Shown one piece after another: positions 10,387 through 22,271 of a stretch of DNA of 64,000 nt. Origin of the DNA: Mustelus asterias (Eukaryota); the NCBI RefSeq assembly GCF_964213995.1, contig NC_135830.1, positions 14,074,001 to 14,138,000 on the forward strand, in the 5' to 3' direction. Made by a program: the position numbers and the translations under genes. How positions within the stretch are numbered: position 1 is the stretch's first letter; each line of letters begins with the position of its first letter. The notes beneath the pieces were generated by a model. That model was not told the DNA's origin. It saw only the letters and a list, made by a program, of their open reading frames with translations, and searched no databases.

Positions 10387-13093
10387 CTATGCGCAAAATT
10401 TTAAAAAATTAACAAATTGTTTGAGTGGATATTTCACCAAATTCTTTAACTCGGCTCTGATTTTACTCTGGGTCCCAGCATAAATCAATGGGTTGATGCA
10501 GGAACACAAAAACAGAAGCATATATCCAGTTTCCTCAAGATTAAATGTATTACTGAAACCAGAACCTGAGAAATAAGTAACTTTCGCAATTCGGACATAG
10601 ATGATAGTTATAAAAAATAACAAGTATAACAGGATGAAATTTCCTGAAATGGTGAAGAGTAAAACAATGGACTTTTTCCGCTTCTCCACCTCTGGGTCAC
10701 TCTGATTCTTTCCATTGTTCTGGGCCCGGAGTCTCCTGCGGGCTCTATTGGCCGCTAGAATGTGTCTTACAGTAAGAGCATTCAGCAGCAAAATCAAAAT
10801 GAATGGAAGGATAGGAGTTACAATACAACGCATCAAGTCATAAGCAGCCCAGAAAGGGGATGTGTAAAATATTAACTTTACATTGCAGAACCAGGGTACA
10901 TCGTCAATTATGTACAGGGGTTCATAAACAAAGTACACAAAGACATTTTTTACACAGGCGAGTGTGGACACGATTCCAATGACCCACGTGGCCACATTTT
11001 CATTACAATATTTAACTTTGAGCTTCTGGCAACAAATAGCCACAAATCTATCAAACGTGAAAGCGACGGTTAACCAGACAGAGTTGTCCATGGCGGTAGA
11101 ATGTAGGACTGTACGGACGCTGCAAACTGGTGTGACAGACAAGAAGCTCAATGGAAAAAAGATTCCCGCAATCCGGTTTAATATTACAGCAGATATTATG
11201 TGCAGGAGATCCACCACCGCTATGGACACAAGGTAATACGTGATACATCTGGAGAGACCACAACTTTTTCTTGCGAGGACCATAATCACTGCTGTGTTAG
11301 CTGTAATAGAGGGAAAGAGATTGTGAGAATTTGTGCATGACGAAGCATGGGAAGTGGAACATTCATCGCAACAAAACAATCCATGATGTTGAATTCTGTG
11401 TGATAGGTGCAACATTTATACCTGATCTCAGGGACACTTGTTTCTGCTTAATAACAATATCTTTATTAATAATAAGGAATGTTAACGAAAGTGATTGCAT
11501 TTTTAATGAGAACTGAGAGAGGAATAATGCGAAATGGAAAGCATATCAAAACCAAAACTGAATAATTAAATGCACAATACAATGACATGTAAACAACTAA
11601 TTAAAACATATTGGAGAAGATAAATTGGAAAATACCCAATAATAAGTGCGGATGTTAATATGGTCACGGATTATACTTCAATGGGTATTAAATATGGCTC
11701 CATGAATGACAGCAAAATTATTTACTTTTGGAAACGTTTGCAGTGAATTTTCTCGAATAAATCCTCAAACAAAGGCAAATAAAAGGACAATTGTTAGCAG
11801 TTGTCGGAACTTGCAGATTTAGGAAGCAGCGCCAAGACTGAATTGTATCCCTGATAATCATCTGAAATATCCGGTGAAATATGAAACGAAAGATTTGACG
11901 AGTTATTTTGCTTGACTCTTTGCAGAGAACAGAACAATTTGAAACGATACTGGGTTCTGGGACAGAAAGGAATCAAGCAATCAGGAGCAGCAAATGTGAA
12001 ATAGGATTCCCGGGCGGAGCCAATGAGTGTTTGGCACTGGGAGCAGGCACAAATTGTTGTGAGTTCGGGATTAATAACAATCATTCATCAAAGGATAACT
12101 GTTTGCATTATTTCAGCCTTCTACATATCCATCCCTGACGTTCGGCCAGAACATCCCATCCATGCCCTTCTGTCCGCCCTGTCCCTGTAATCCCGCGCAT
12201 TTACCATTGCTAATCCAACTAACATACACGTCCATGGGCATTAAGGTGCTTCTTTACGCGGCAAATCTACATAACTTGCGCAGTTTTGTATTCTGGGCAC
12301 CTGGAGAAAACCCTCACGCACACATGCGAAGAATATGCAAACTCCACTCAGACAACACATCTCTGGAATTGACCCCCTGTTTATTGTGCTATGAGGCAGC
12401 AGTGCCAACCACAGTGTACCTCTGCTGCTCAGTTTGAGAATTCGCCCAGAGGAATACTGTCAACGCCAACACAACAATCATAATAACTTTATAAACAACA
12501 AACATAAATAACAAAACATAAATAACAACATTGAATTGTGTTTAACCATTATAACAGAACGGAAATGTAAATCAGAATGAGTAACACAATAAAACCTCGA
12601 CTGTCAGATGTTACTGGTGAATGGGACAGGTTATATTACCAATTGATGAAATGGTACCTGTCACAGCACGGTTGTATAAGGTTAACACGGTGAAACCATG
12701 TATTTAATGTGAAGGAACTACGGTAGGAAAGACGTAAAATTATACCGTTAAATTTGTAGAATTTATGGAATGAACATCGAAAAATTATGTCAGGGAATAG
12801 CGAAATTATAATGCCAAATATGGAATTGTCTACTGAAGTAGAAACGGGACATTTTCGAGGAATACGTTAAAGGGCAGAAAACAGAACTTTGACGGGGAAA
12901 CCTATATCCCTTTCAATGAGAGGAGGAACTTGGTGCTGTTGAGATAAGGTGGTAATAAAGTGGAGGAATTAATGCAACCAAACAATATTTTTCGCCAGCA
13001 ACTAAATAACTGAGATATTTTACCTGAAACTCCGATAGCTGCTATGACTGGATAATAAATGGCAAACACCAGACCTTCTGGTATTCCATGCAT
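10387..13093 (-). CDS. GPR139-like class A GPCR, copy A (2 exons: 13093-13024, 11300-10387; 327 aa, intact)
   Basis: 70-nt exon 1 MHGIPEGLVFAIYYPVIAAIGVS, GT-AG phase-1 intron, 7TM exon 2 with AFTFDRF and NPLIY; open frame. Confidence 0.92.
12140..12430 (-). mobile_element. Degenerate HE1-like SINE in GPCR A intron
   Basis: Reverse complement of HE1 body (tgcaaactccac..gaca, gaggcagcagtgc.aacc). Confidence 0.55.
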
Positions 13094-13144
13094 TTCTTAC
13101 AGAAGCGCTGATCGTGGTCTGCACTACATTGAAAAATTGTCACA

Positions 13145-13204
13145 TTTATACGTGGTGTCATGCTCCAGGGAGATAATTAGGTTGCTTGATCTTTCGCATT
13201 AATT
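13145..13204 (-). promoter_or_regulatory. Conserved GPCR core promoter (AATTAA / TAATTA / EBF-like TCCCTGGAG / TATAAA)
   Basis: Same motif order and the same 23-nt TAATTA-to-TATA gap upstream of copies B and C. Confidence 0.6.
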
Positions 13205-13238
13205 AAATTTAAAAGAACAAAGAGATTATTGCAACAAC

Positions 13239-13337
13239 GGCAAGGTGACACAATGGTTAGCACTGTTGCGTCACAGCGCCAGGGACCCGGGTCCAATTCC
13301 GGCCTCCGGTCACTGTCTGTGTGGAGTTTGCACATTG
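13239..13337 (+). mobile_element. HE1-type tRNA-derived SINE, 3'-truncated
   Basis: A/B-box head and ggtcactgtctgtgtggagtttgcacatt, cut off by telomere-like repeats. Confidence 0.85.
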
Positions 13338-13428
13338 TAACCCGAACCCTAACTCTAACCTTGACACTAAAACTAACCCCAACCCGAAATAACTAACTAA
13401 CCCGAACCCTAACATTAACCCTAACCCT
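13338..13428 (+). repeat. Degenerate interstitial telomeric repeat (TAACCC)n
   Basis: taacccgaaccctaactctaacc...taaccctaaccct. Confidence 0.8.
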
Positions 13429-13429
13429 C

Positions 13430-16400
13430 GGTGACATAAAGCCTATAAAAAAAACAAGAATACGGACTTTAAAAAGGGGAAAGGAAAGAATCCAAAATGA
13501 AACAAAGAAAATATTCCACCACTTAAAAAGCAAATAGTCTCGTCGACAGAGAATAATCTCTCCCTAAGCTACAGACAAAAAGATTCATTGCATCCCCCAG
13601 AACACAACACCACCCAGATGATACGAAGCACCCACCCCCACGCCCCCCGCCCCCCGCCCCCCCCCCCCCCACGGCACTACACGTACCCAAAACCATCAAA
13701 AAGACACCCTGCCCCACAAATAAAACCCCACTACCCAAGCCCAACACCATTACAAAAGATGTCCCACCAACCCTCTGCTTGGTTCACCTCGACCCTCCCA
13801 CTTTCCCCCTCACGAATCAATAAGAAAAAACAGGAAGATGCTTCGCTCCCTTACCCTCCAAGCTCCTGACCAGACCATATACAAGGACGAGAGGCAACCA
13901 CACTTGAAGACTTATTGACTGCCAGACACTGCCAAAGCCTCCAAAAAGAGACCAAGAGACCACCACTGGCACAGAATATCACAGAGGGAAAAAGGAATAT
14001 CCCTCCCCCACAAATACCAGGAATGCAACGCAAGGACTGAACCAGGAACCAAAATATTAAAAGAGGTTACCACACAGGGCATAAGGGGACAACAGAGATT
14101 CGAAAGCAGAACCAAAAAAACAAACACCCGCCCATCCAAGCAAAAAACATCCTCAACCCGCCCTAACCACAGAACCATAGATTGAGGGAACACAAAACTG
14201 AGAACACAGCACACCGTTTCCCTGTCAGTCAATGATTGGGAGGGGGTGAATTCAAAAGCTACAGAGAACCAATGCGTTTCAACAGCTTCCTGTCACTCCG
14301 GGACAAGAATTGGCGCTACTTAAGGCCATATGCAGTACAGGTGGAGAGGGGAAACTTCCTTTACCCGCAGAGGTAGCACGGAACACGAGCTGAACACAGA
14401 GCACTCACTCACCCCAAAATTGCTGGACGACACACTATCCGAAAAGGCCACGAAAAGCACACGAAGGACAGGACAGTGAGAACAACTCTCCCTTCCCTTG
14501 ATGAAGCGTAAGGAAGCAGCGAAACCGGTCGGGATGCAAGCTAAATAAGCAAGATTAAACCCCAGTTGGGACTCTACTGGAGAGGAAATGCAAGAATGGC
14601 CTGACACTATCCACCGCCAGCCTTGGAAGTGGGACGAATGGGAGCTAAATGAACCTCAGCTGGATCTGGCCTTGGCACCCTACAGCCCTAGGGTGAGTGA
14701 ATTTTCCACATCCACACATAAATAAAGACTCTCAGACCGTGTGCCCTGGACACGGTCCGCGGATTGACATAGGTTCACCTTAATCAATGGGGCTAATCCA
14801 AAACACATAGGGACCTAAAAGAACGGTAGAAATAATCGACTCGGCGATGTGTGAACCACTAAAACAAAATATAAATCTGTATTTTTTTCATGTAAGATAT
14901 AAAATGGAGGACACAATGGCCACATGGCGACTCTGTACAATCCACGGGCAGGTCTCGGAAAAATATCAATCATTAAGTATTCGATCACCCGAATCAATAG
15001 GACAAACCTGGACACAGGATAGCTTGTCGCAACTAACAAACGGGCTCTCCCTTAAACATGCGAATGTCTATATTCTTTGAATCACCTTGAACAATGGAAC
15101 GAACCCTGGTCACAGAGTAACACACAATAACTGACAGATGAAACTCTCCTAAGAAGGGCAACAACTAACCCACTGGATCACTTTAAAATGATACAATACA
15201 TGTGAAATCATTAATTTATGGGCCGGGACGGTGGCACCGTGGTAAGCAGTGCTGTCTCACGGCGTCAGTGACCCGGCTTGACTTGGACCATTGTGCAGAG
15301 TTTGCACGTTCTCCCCGTGTCTGCGTGAGTTTCCTCCAGGTGCTCCGGTTTCCTCCCACACTCCAAAGATGTGTATGTTATGTGGATTGTCCGTGATAAA
15401 TTCTCCCTCAGTGTACCCTTTCACAGTAACTTAATTGCATCGTTAATGTAAGCCTATTGGGACACTAATTAAGAAATAAATAAATGGTAACAGAAGTCAT
15501 TTTTGTCCTGCCAAAAGTTCTTGCCTCATGACAAACCCATGAACCACCCAAATAAACGAGGATGCCCGTAGACTCCCTCGCTCCGCCAACCAATGCCTCC
15601 ACACCAATCCGACACATACCACCCGAATCCACACAACACCATCCTGCCCACCACAACATTGAACACTCAGAAATAACAGGTCACTCGATCCCAAGTGGTC
15701 CGGGAGCCCCCTCACCCCGTCCACCCTTGGAGACACACACGGGAGGCGAAAGTGTCAAGGCATGGGAAGACAACAAACCACCCTTCAAAACACAACATAA
15801 CCACCAATTTTCTGATCAGGAAAGCCCCAAGAATTCCCCCCACAACCTCCTGAGCTGCCCTCAGTAGCCCACCTGCTACCACCAAACCACACACCCCAAT
15901 CCCCGCACCCCCCGTCCGTCTGCCCAGAAAACAAAAAAAACAGAGTCTCACTCCGCAACAGGCACCAAACCTCCCCATCCAGGAAAGCCACAAAAAACTC
16001 TCCAGCGCACACATTACCTTAAGATTTACGCCAAAGCCACAGAAACACAGAAACCCCAACCTAACCGTCCCCTCCCCCGACACACACGACCTCAACAACT
16101 ACCTCCCCCCAACCACCTACAATACGGCAGAACTCGACCATCACTCTGTCTTCCTCCTCTCCCCCCACAACCCCATCTTAATTCCACTCACACGAGATTT
16201 TAATTGCATTTGACTGCGTTATTTTAAATACTTTGTCGGCGTCGCCATTCACAACTAACAAGAGTAATCATATTCATTTTAAAAAAAGGAAAAGGTCCAG
16301 GAGACAAGAATACAATAAGCCAAAATATAAGGGCAAGGGATCACAAGGGGCATCAAGGATTGGACGTGGGCCGAAAGCAAAATGGCAAAAAACAAAGAAA

Positions 16401-16500
16401 AGGGGACATGTCCTCTTTCTGTCCGACTCCAAAAACCTAACCGATGCGTTCCTTCAATCCACAGGAACCACGACTCTCATCGACCTAATATTTGTTTAAA
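13430..16500 (+). mobile_element. A/C-skewed block, probably a decayed L1/Tx1-clade element
   Basis: Strong strand skew; Cys/His knuckle-like HFCP..GCP (~15500-15570), Pro/Thr-rich linker, endonuclease-like DFNC (~16197) and IDLIFV (~16480). Confidence 0.4.
15222..15482 (+). mobile_element. HE1-related SINE with alternative 3' tail
   Basis: HE1 core plus ttcacagtaacttaattg..gtaagcct tail, also present at 49905-50165. Confidence 0.8.
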
Positions 16501-16559
16501 TTGTGAACGATAACTCAGTGGGTGACATCGGTAGGGAGACTCCCTGCCCTCTGTGTCTT

Positions 16560-16875
16560 TTCTGACACTGTAGCACATTAGGTAGCATTGCTGGCCCACA
16601 GCGTATTGGTGCAGAATTCAATACGGGTCACTGTCTGTGTGGAGTTTGAACATTCCCCCCGTGTCTGCGTGTGTGGAGAGAAACCGAGCACCCAGCGCAC
16701 AATGCAAAGTTGTGCGGGTTAGGTTGATTGACCATGTTGCATTGCCCGCAGTGGCAGGGAGCAAACAGGGCACATATGTGGAGTTACGGGGATAGGGCCT
16801 GTGTGGGATTGTTGTTGGTGCAAACTTGATGGGCCGAATGGCTTCCTTCTGTACTCTAAGGCTATCTATGTTTCT
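16560..16875 (+). mobile_element. HE1-type SINE
   Basis: Core gtcactgtctgtgtggagttt and CR1-derived tail gatgggccgaatggcttccttctg. Confidence 0.8.
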
Positions 16876-17070
16876 GCCACTGAGCTCTTGGTATTCTGAG
16901 CAATCGTCTTCTGGGGCTGATGCAATGACGCCAGGAGAGTCATTCGCTGCAGCGTCTGCAATGTGATTATGGTGGAATTTGGTGAATTTTTCTCAGTGTA
17001 CCACGTTCTGAGGATTTTGATTAAAATGCCCTTGAGTAAAAACAATCAGCGGCTTCAGCAAAGAAAAGCA

Positions 17071-17142
17071 ACGTCCCACCAAGATCTAAACTTGAATCGC
17101 TGGATTCAGAGTCCAGAGTTCTGGCCATTACAACACAGAACC
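17071..17142 (-). pseudogene. tRNA-Gln(CTG) pseudogene
   Basis: Minus strand GGTTCTGTGTTGTAATGG..CTGGACTCTGAATCCAG..; T-loop mutated. Confidence 0.8.
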
Positions 17143-17259
17143 CAGAAGCCAGCTGCAAGTGGTCACTCAAAGCACGTGACCCCTTTCATTCAATGTGGCA
17201 GCAACAGCAGGAAGGTCAAATCCTTTAAGCGGCCATTTGCAGCCGGCTCCAATGTTGGA

Positions 17260-17292
17260 GGTTCTCTGGTCCAATGGTGAGCACTCTGAACC
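17260..17292 (+). pseudogene. tRNA-Gln 5'-half fragment
   Basis: GGTTCTCTGGTCCAATGGTGAGCACTCTGAAC, with an upstream flank homologous to that of the 17071-17142 copy. Confidence 0.55.
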
Positions 17293-17339
17293 AGACTGAT
17301 CCTTGCTTTTCTTTGACGTTGCTGAGGGTTGATTTGAAT

Positions 17340-17665
17340 CTTAGAAACCCTACAAGCACAGAAAGAGGCCACTTGGCCTATCGAGTCTGCACCGACCACA
17401 ATCCCACCCTCATAACCCTACATATTTACCCACTAATCCCTCTAATCTACGCATCGCACGACACTAAGAGCAATTTTAGCATTGCCAATCAACCTAACCC
17501 GCACATCTTTGGAATGTGGGAGGAAACCAGACCACCCGTAGGAAATCCACGCAGGCACGAGGAGAATGTGCAAACTCCACACAGACAGTGACCCAAGCCG
17601 GGAATCGAACCCAGGTCTCTGGAGCTGTGAAGCAGCATTGCTAACCACTGTGATACCGTACCGCC
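17340..17665 (-). mobile_element. HE1-type SINE
   Basis: Full head, core and tail in reverse orientation. Confidence 0.88.
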
Positions 17666-17918
17666 CCATTTGTTGATGGACATTTCGTTTAAATTTCTCA
17701 CAAAGCAGGAATGCCAACGACAATTTTGTCAGCCTGTTCAGCTGCTATTACAATGCACATTGCTGAGCCTCTGGCGACAGATGTCTGCACCATCAGTGTT
17801 TTTTTTCATCTTTTCGCTACCCTTTAATTCCTCTGTTGAAAGAAAGGGGCAGTTGGTGTCACACAACCACAACCATTGGGCTGGAGTCCGGCAATTATTG
17901 ATCAAGTTTGTGAGTTTC

Positions 17919-17942
17919 TGTGTGTGTGTGTGTGTGTGTGTG
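17919..17942. repeat. (GT)n microsatellite
   Basis: Seen directly. Confidence 0.9.
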
Positions 17943-17996
17943 CCTGTGCATAGGTGCGTTTTGGGAGATCAGAGTGTCTTATATCAGAGTGCTATC

Positions 17997-18029
17997 GGTT
18001 CTATGGTGTAACGGTTCACACTCTGGACA
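17997..18029 (+). pseudogene. tRNA-Gln 5'-half fragment
   Basis: GGTTCTATGGTGTAACGGTTCACACTCTGGAC. Confidence 0.55.
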
Positions 18030-18318
18030 TTCGGCGTCCGAACAATTGTTTAAATTGGGACAGGTGGGTGACTGAATGGCACCCGTAGGTGGACCCCTGT
18101 CCGCTGTGGCTTCTCTGCCTCTCAGCGCTTTTTCTTCTCGAGCAAACGTCCTCTGGGCCTGATGCAATGACGACAGGGGCGTCATTCGTTGCATCATCTG
18201 CAAAGTGATTGCGGTGGAATATGCCGAAATTACCTCAGTGTTTAGATTTCGACTTTCTGAGAATTTTAAAAAAAAGTCCCTTCAGCAAAATCATTATCGG
18301 CTTTGGGAAAGGAAGGCA

Positions 18319-18390
18319 AGGTTCCATCGAGATTTGAGCTCGGATCACTGGATTCAGAGTCCAGAGTGCTCACCATTACAACATAGACCC
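18319..18390 (-). tRNA. tRNA-Gln(CTG)-like gene, probably a pseudogene
   Basis: 72-nt close match to vertebrate tRNA-Gln; B box GCTCAA instead of GTTCAA, acceptor-stem mismatches. Confidence 0.75.
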
Positions 18391-18454
18391 AGGAACATGG
18401 CCACCAGCTCCAAATGAGGACACACAAATAGTTTGACCTCTTTCATTCAATTAC

Positions 18455-19760
18455 CCGTTTTATCCACCTGTCGTGCGACATTCAGGGACCGCTATACATG
18501 CTCACTAATGTCCCTCTGAGATTCCCAGGGTCCTGCGTTTATCATGTATTCCCTTGCCTTGTTTGTCCTGCCCGAGCACATCGCCTCACATTGAGCCGGA
18601 TCGAATTCCATTTGCAATAGCCCAGCTTATCTGACCAGGTCATCTATATCCTTCTGTGAACCAGGATTACCTCCGCCTTATCTACCACCTCGCAAATGTT
18701 TGTATCAAATGCCAATTTATTGCTCAAGCCTCGAACATTCAAATCGAAATCACTCATGCAAACCGCAGATGCAAAAACACTGATCCCTTGGGGCCCTCAG
18801 GAGACATACTCTTCCACTCCGAAAGTCTGTCACAACCATCACCGTCTGCTCCCTGCCATAAGAGGTCACAAGATATCGGAGCAGAATTAGGTCATTCGGC
18901 CCGTCGAATCCGCTCCGCCATTCAATCATGGAGGATATGGTCCTCATCCCAGAACCCTTCAACCAATTAAAAATCTGTCTCATTCCTCCTTAAATTTACT
19001 CACTGTCCCAGCATCCACTGCACTTTGGGTTAGCGAATTCGACAGATTCAAAACCCTTTGGGAGAAGTAGTTCCTCCTCAACTCAGTTTAAATTTGCTAC
19101 CCCTCATCCTAAGTCCATGACATCCCATCTTAGAATGCCCCAACAGCTGAAGCATTCGTTCCACGTCTACCTTATCCATGCCTTTTATCATCTTGTACAC
19201 CTCAATTTGATCTCCCCTCATTCTTCTCAATTCCAGAGAGTACAGGCCTAAACTGTTCAATCTCTCTGCATGCGACAAACACTTCATCTCTGGAATCAAT
19301 CTGGTGAACCTCCTCTGGACTGCCTCCAATGCCACAACATCTTTCCTCAAATAAGCGGAACAAAACTGCGTACAATACTTCAGGTGCGGCCTCACCAATA
19401 CCTTGTATAGTTGCAGCAATACTTCCTTGTCTTAATATTCTATGCCTTTAGCTATAACTGCCAACATTCCTTTCGCTTTATTTGTCTGCTGTCTGCATGG
19501 CAGATTCCTGTGACTCATGAACGAAGACACCCAGATCCCTCTGCACCGGAGTATCCCAAAGTCTCTCCCCATTTAGATAGTAAGTCGTCTTCCCATTTTT
19601 CTGACCAAAATGCATGATTTCACACTTATTCACCTTAAACTCCATCTGCCACATTTTCGCCCACTCTCCTAACCTACTTTTTTCATTATTAAGTTTTTTT
19701 ATTTCCTCCTTGCAACTTACTGTCCCGCCTATTTTTGAGTCATCTGCAAATTTGGCGATG
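18455..19760 (-). mobile_element. Two CR1-type LINE fragments (RT region; 3' end with tail near 18860)
   Basis: ORF 19078-19419 LYKVLVRPHL..QRRFTRLIP; KFADD-type motifs. Confidence 0.85.
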
Positions 19761-21693
19761 TTGCCTTAATTTCGAGTTTATTCAGGAGGAACTTCTCTTT
19801 CAGAATGTCAATGTTCCGACGAGAGAGCGGGAGAAACTTGATCTCCTCTTGGGAAATAAGGAAGAGCAGGTGACACAAGGAGAGTGAGGGATCACTTTGG
19901 GACGAGTGACCATAATTCCATTAGTTTTAAGATAGCTATGGAGAACAATAGGTCTGGCCCAAAAGTTAAAATTCTAAATTGGGGCAAGGCCAATATTAAT
20001 GTTATCAGACAGGAACTTTCAAAAGTTAATTGGGGAATTTGCTGGCAGGCAAAGGCGTCTGGTAAGTGGGAGGCTTTCAACAGTCTGTTAACCAGGTATC
20101 AGGACAAGCACATTCCTCTTACCGTGAAGGGCAAGGCTGGTAGAACGAGGGAACGCTGGATAACTGGGGATATTGAGGCCCTGGTCAAGAAGAAGAATGA
20201 GATAAATGTCATACACCGGCAGCTGGGATCAAATGCATCCTTGAAGAATATAGAGGGTGTAGAAGCAGAGATAAGAGGATTCAGGAGAGCAAAAAGAGGA
20301 CACGAGAATGTTTTGGCAGATAAGGCAAAGCAGAATCAAAAGAGTTTCTACAAATGTATGAAGGGTAAAAGAGTAACTAGGGGAGAGAGTAGGACCTATT
20401 AAGAATCAACAAGGCAATTTATGTGCGGATCCACAAGAGAAGGGTGAAATGATAAATGAATATTTCTTATCGGTATTTAGTTTTGTAAAAGGCAAAAAAT
20501 GTTCGGGAACTTAGGGAAATAAATAGTGATGTCTTGAGGCGTGTAACAGAGACGGAGGTGCTGGATGTCTTAAAGTGCATCAAGCTAGATACATCCCAGG
20601 GACCTGATGAAGTGTATAACAGGACGTTGTGGGAGGCGGGGGGGGGGGGGGGGGGAGAGGCGAAAGAGGAAATTGACTTTCCCCTGGCAGAGATATTTGA
20701 ATCATGGCCAGCCACAGTGAGGTGCCTGAAGACTGGAGGGTGGCAAATGTTGTGTATTTGATTAAAATGGGCTGCACGGAAAAGCCTGGAAACTACAGGG
20801 AGATGAGCCTCATATCTGTAGTGGGTAAGTTTTTAGAAGGCATTCTGAGAGACAGGATCGATAGGCATTTAGAGAGGCAAGGACTGATTAGGGAGAGTCA
20901 GCATGGCATTGTGAGTGGAACATCATTTCTCACAAATTAAATGCAGTTTTTTGAAGGGGTAACCAAGAAGGTACATGAGCAATGCAGTTGATATTGACTA
21001 CATGGGCTTTTGCAAGGGCTTCGACAAGGTATCACATGATAGGTTGTTGCATAAGGTTCATTCTCACGGAATCCAGGGTGAGATGACAAATAGGTACAAA
21101 ATTGGCTTGATGACAGAACACAAAGGGTGGTGCCAAAAGTTGTTTTTCAAACCCGGAGGCCTGTGACCAGCGGTTTGTCTCAGGGATCGGTGTTGGGTCC
21201 ACCGTTTTTGTCATTTATGTTCGTGATTTGGTATTTNNNNNNNNNNNNNNNNNNNNNNNNNNNNNNNNNNNNNNNNNNNNNNNNNNNNNNNNNNNNNNNN
21301 NNNNNNNNNNNNNNNNNNNNNNNNNNNNNNNNNNNNNNNNNNNNNNNNNNNNNNNNNNNNNNNNNNNNNNNNNNNNNNNNNNNNNNNNNNNNNNNNNNNN
21401 NNNNNNNNNNNNNNNNNNNNNNNNNNNNNNNNNNNNNNNNNNNNNNNNNNNNNNNNNNNNNNAATGAGTGCCATGTTCGAGTCTTTACGTCGCTCGTCGA
21501 CGTGTTTGTCTACCTCTAGCGAATCCACAGTCAAGGGACTACTAATCTAAACTGAGGCCAGATTATAAGGTCAAATCAGGGGTACTACCCTCCCAAGATC
21601 TAATTGGGGCTACCGAGCCAAGTTGTTGGTACCCAGTGCACGAAACTCCACCACCTCAGGACTGATAGAATAGGCCGAATCAAGACTGAAAAA

Positions 21694-22194
21694 TTAAAAA
21701 CTATTAACTATACTACCCTTAGTTCGGTCCTGAGTTGGCTCTATGCTAACAGTCTCGATGAAGGTACCAGAAGTACCAACATCGCTTACGGTATTTTTGC
21801 TTATTTCTAAGCTTCCCAAACCCATATTCTGGGCTTTATAGGCCTTATTATAGAAGGTAACTGTAGTTAACTCAACTACGTCATCCGTTGGATGGGCCGT
21901 CCGAACGGGCTCCTCTACAATAGGTTCAATGTCCTCAACTACTGGGGTAGCTACCTTACCTGGACTGGGACCAGAATATACCACCCAATAGTGCCGATAG
22001 TTTAACTCGGGTCTCAAGACCGTCTCTTCTGTTTGAGTGGAGACGGAACTTGTCTCTAGCTTCTTAGGGCTAGTTCTAGTATAGCCTAACTTTTTGAATT
22101 TTTCCCAGAGAGCGGCTACAGACTCATCTGGGGGGCTGTTATTTAACCGGGACCCAACCCATCCGGATTCCCCCTTTTTGGGAGTATTATTCAT
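21694..22194 (-). CDS. 166-aa ORF of unknown function in the R2-like element
   Basis: ATG ~80 nt after the ribozyme; S/T/P/V/E-rich; SVSTQTE motif; no zinc-finger, Myb or RT motifs. Confidence 0.45.
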   Translation of the reverse strand: MNNTPKKGESGWVGSRLNNSPPDESVAALWEKFKKLGYTRTSPKKLETSSVSTQTEETVLRPELNYRHYWVVYSGPSPGKVATPVVEDIEPIVEEPVRTAHPTDDVVELTTVTFYNKAYKAQNMGLGSLEISKNTVSDVGTSGTFIETVSIEPTQDRTKGSIVNSF

Positions 22195-22271
22195 TTCGCT
22201 AACCGCCTATATCAAATCGCACAAATCTCTCTGTGGACTATCTATCTACGGTCTCTGCGTTGTTTTTAACA

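Noticed and set aside
11301-11415. N-terminal extensions of the GPCR ORFs in the ORF track (also 36918-37005)
   Set aside because: Intronic; clear AG acceptors and homologous upstream exons give the true starts.
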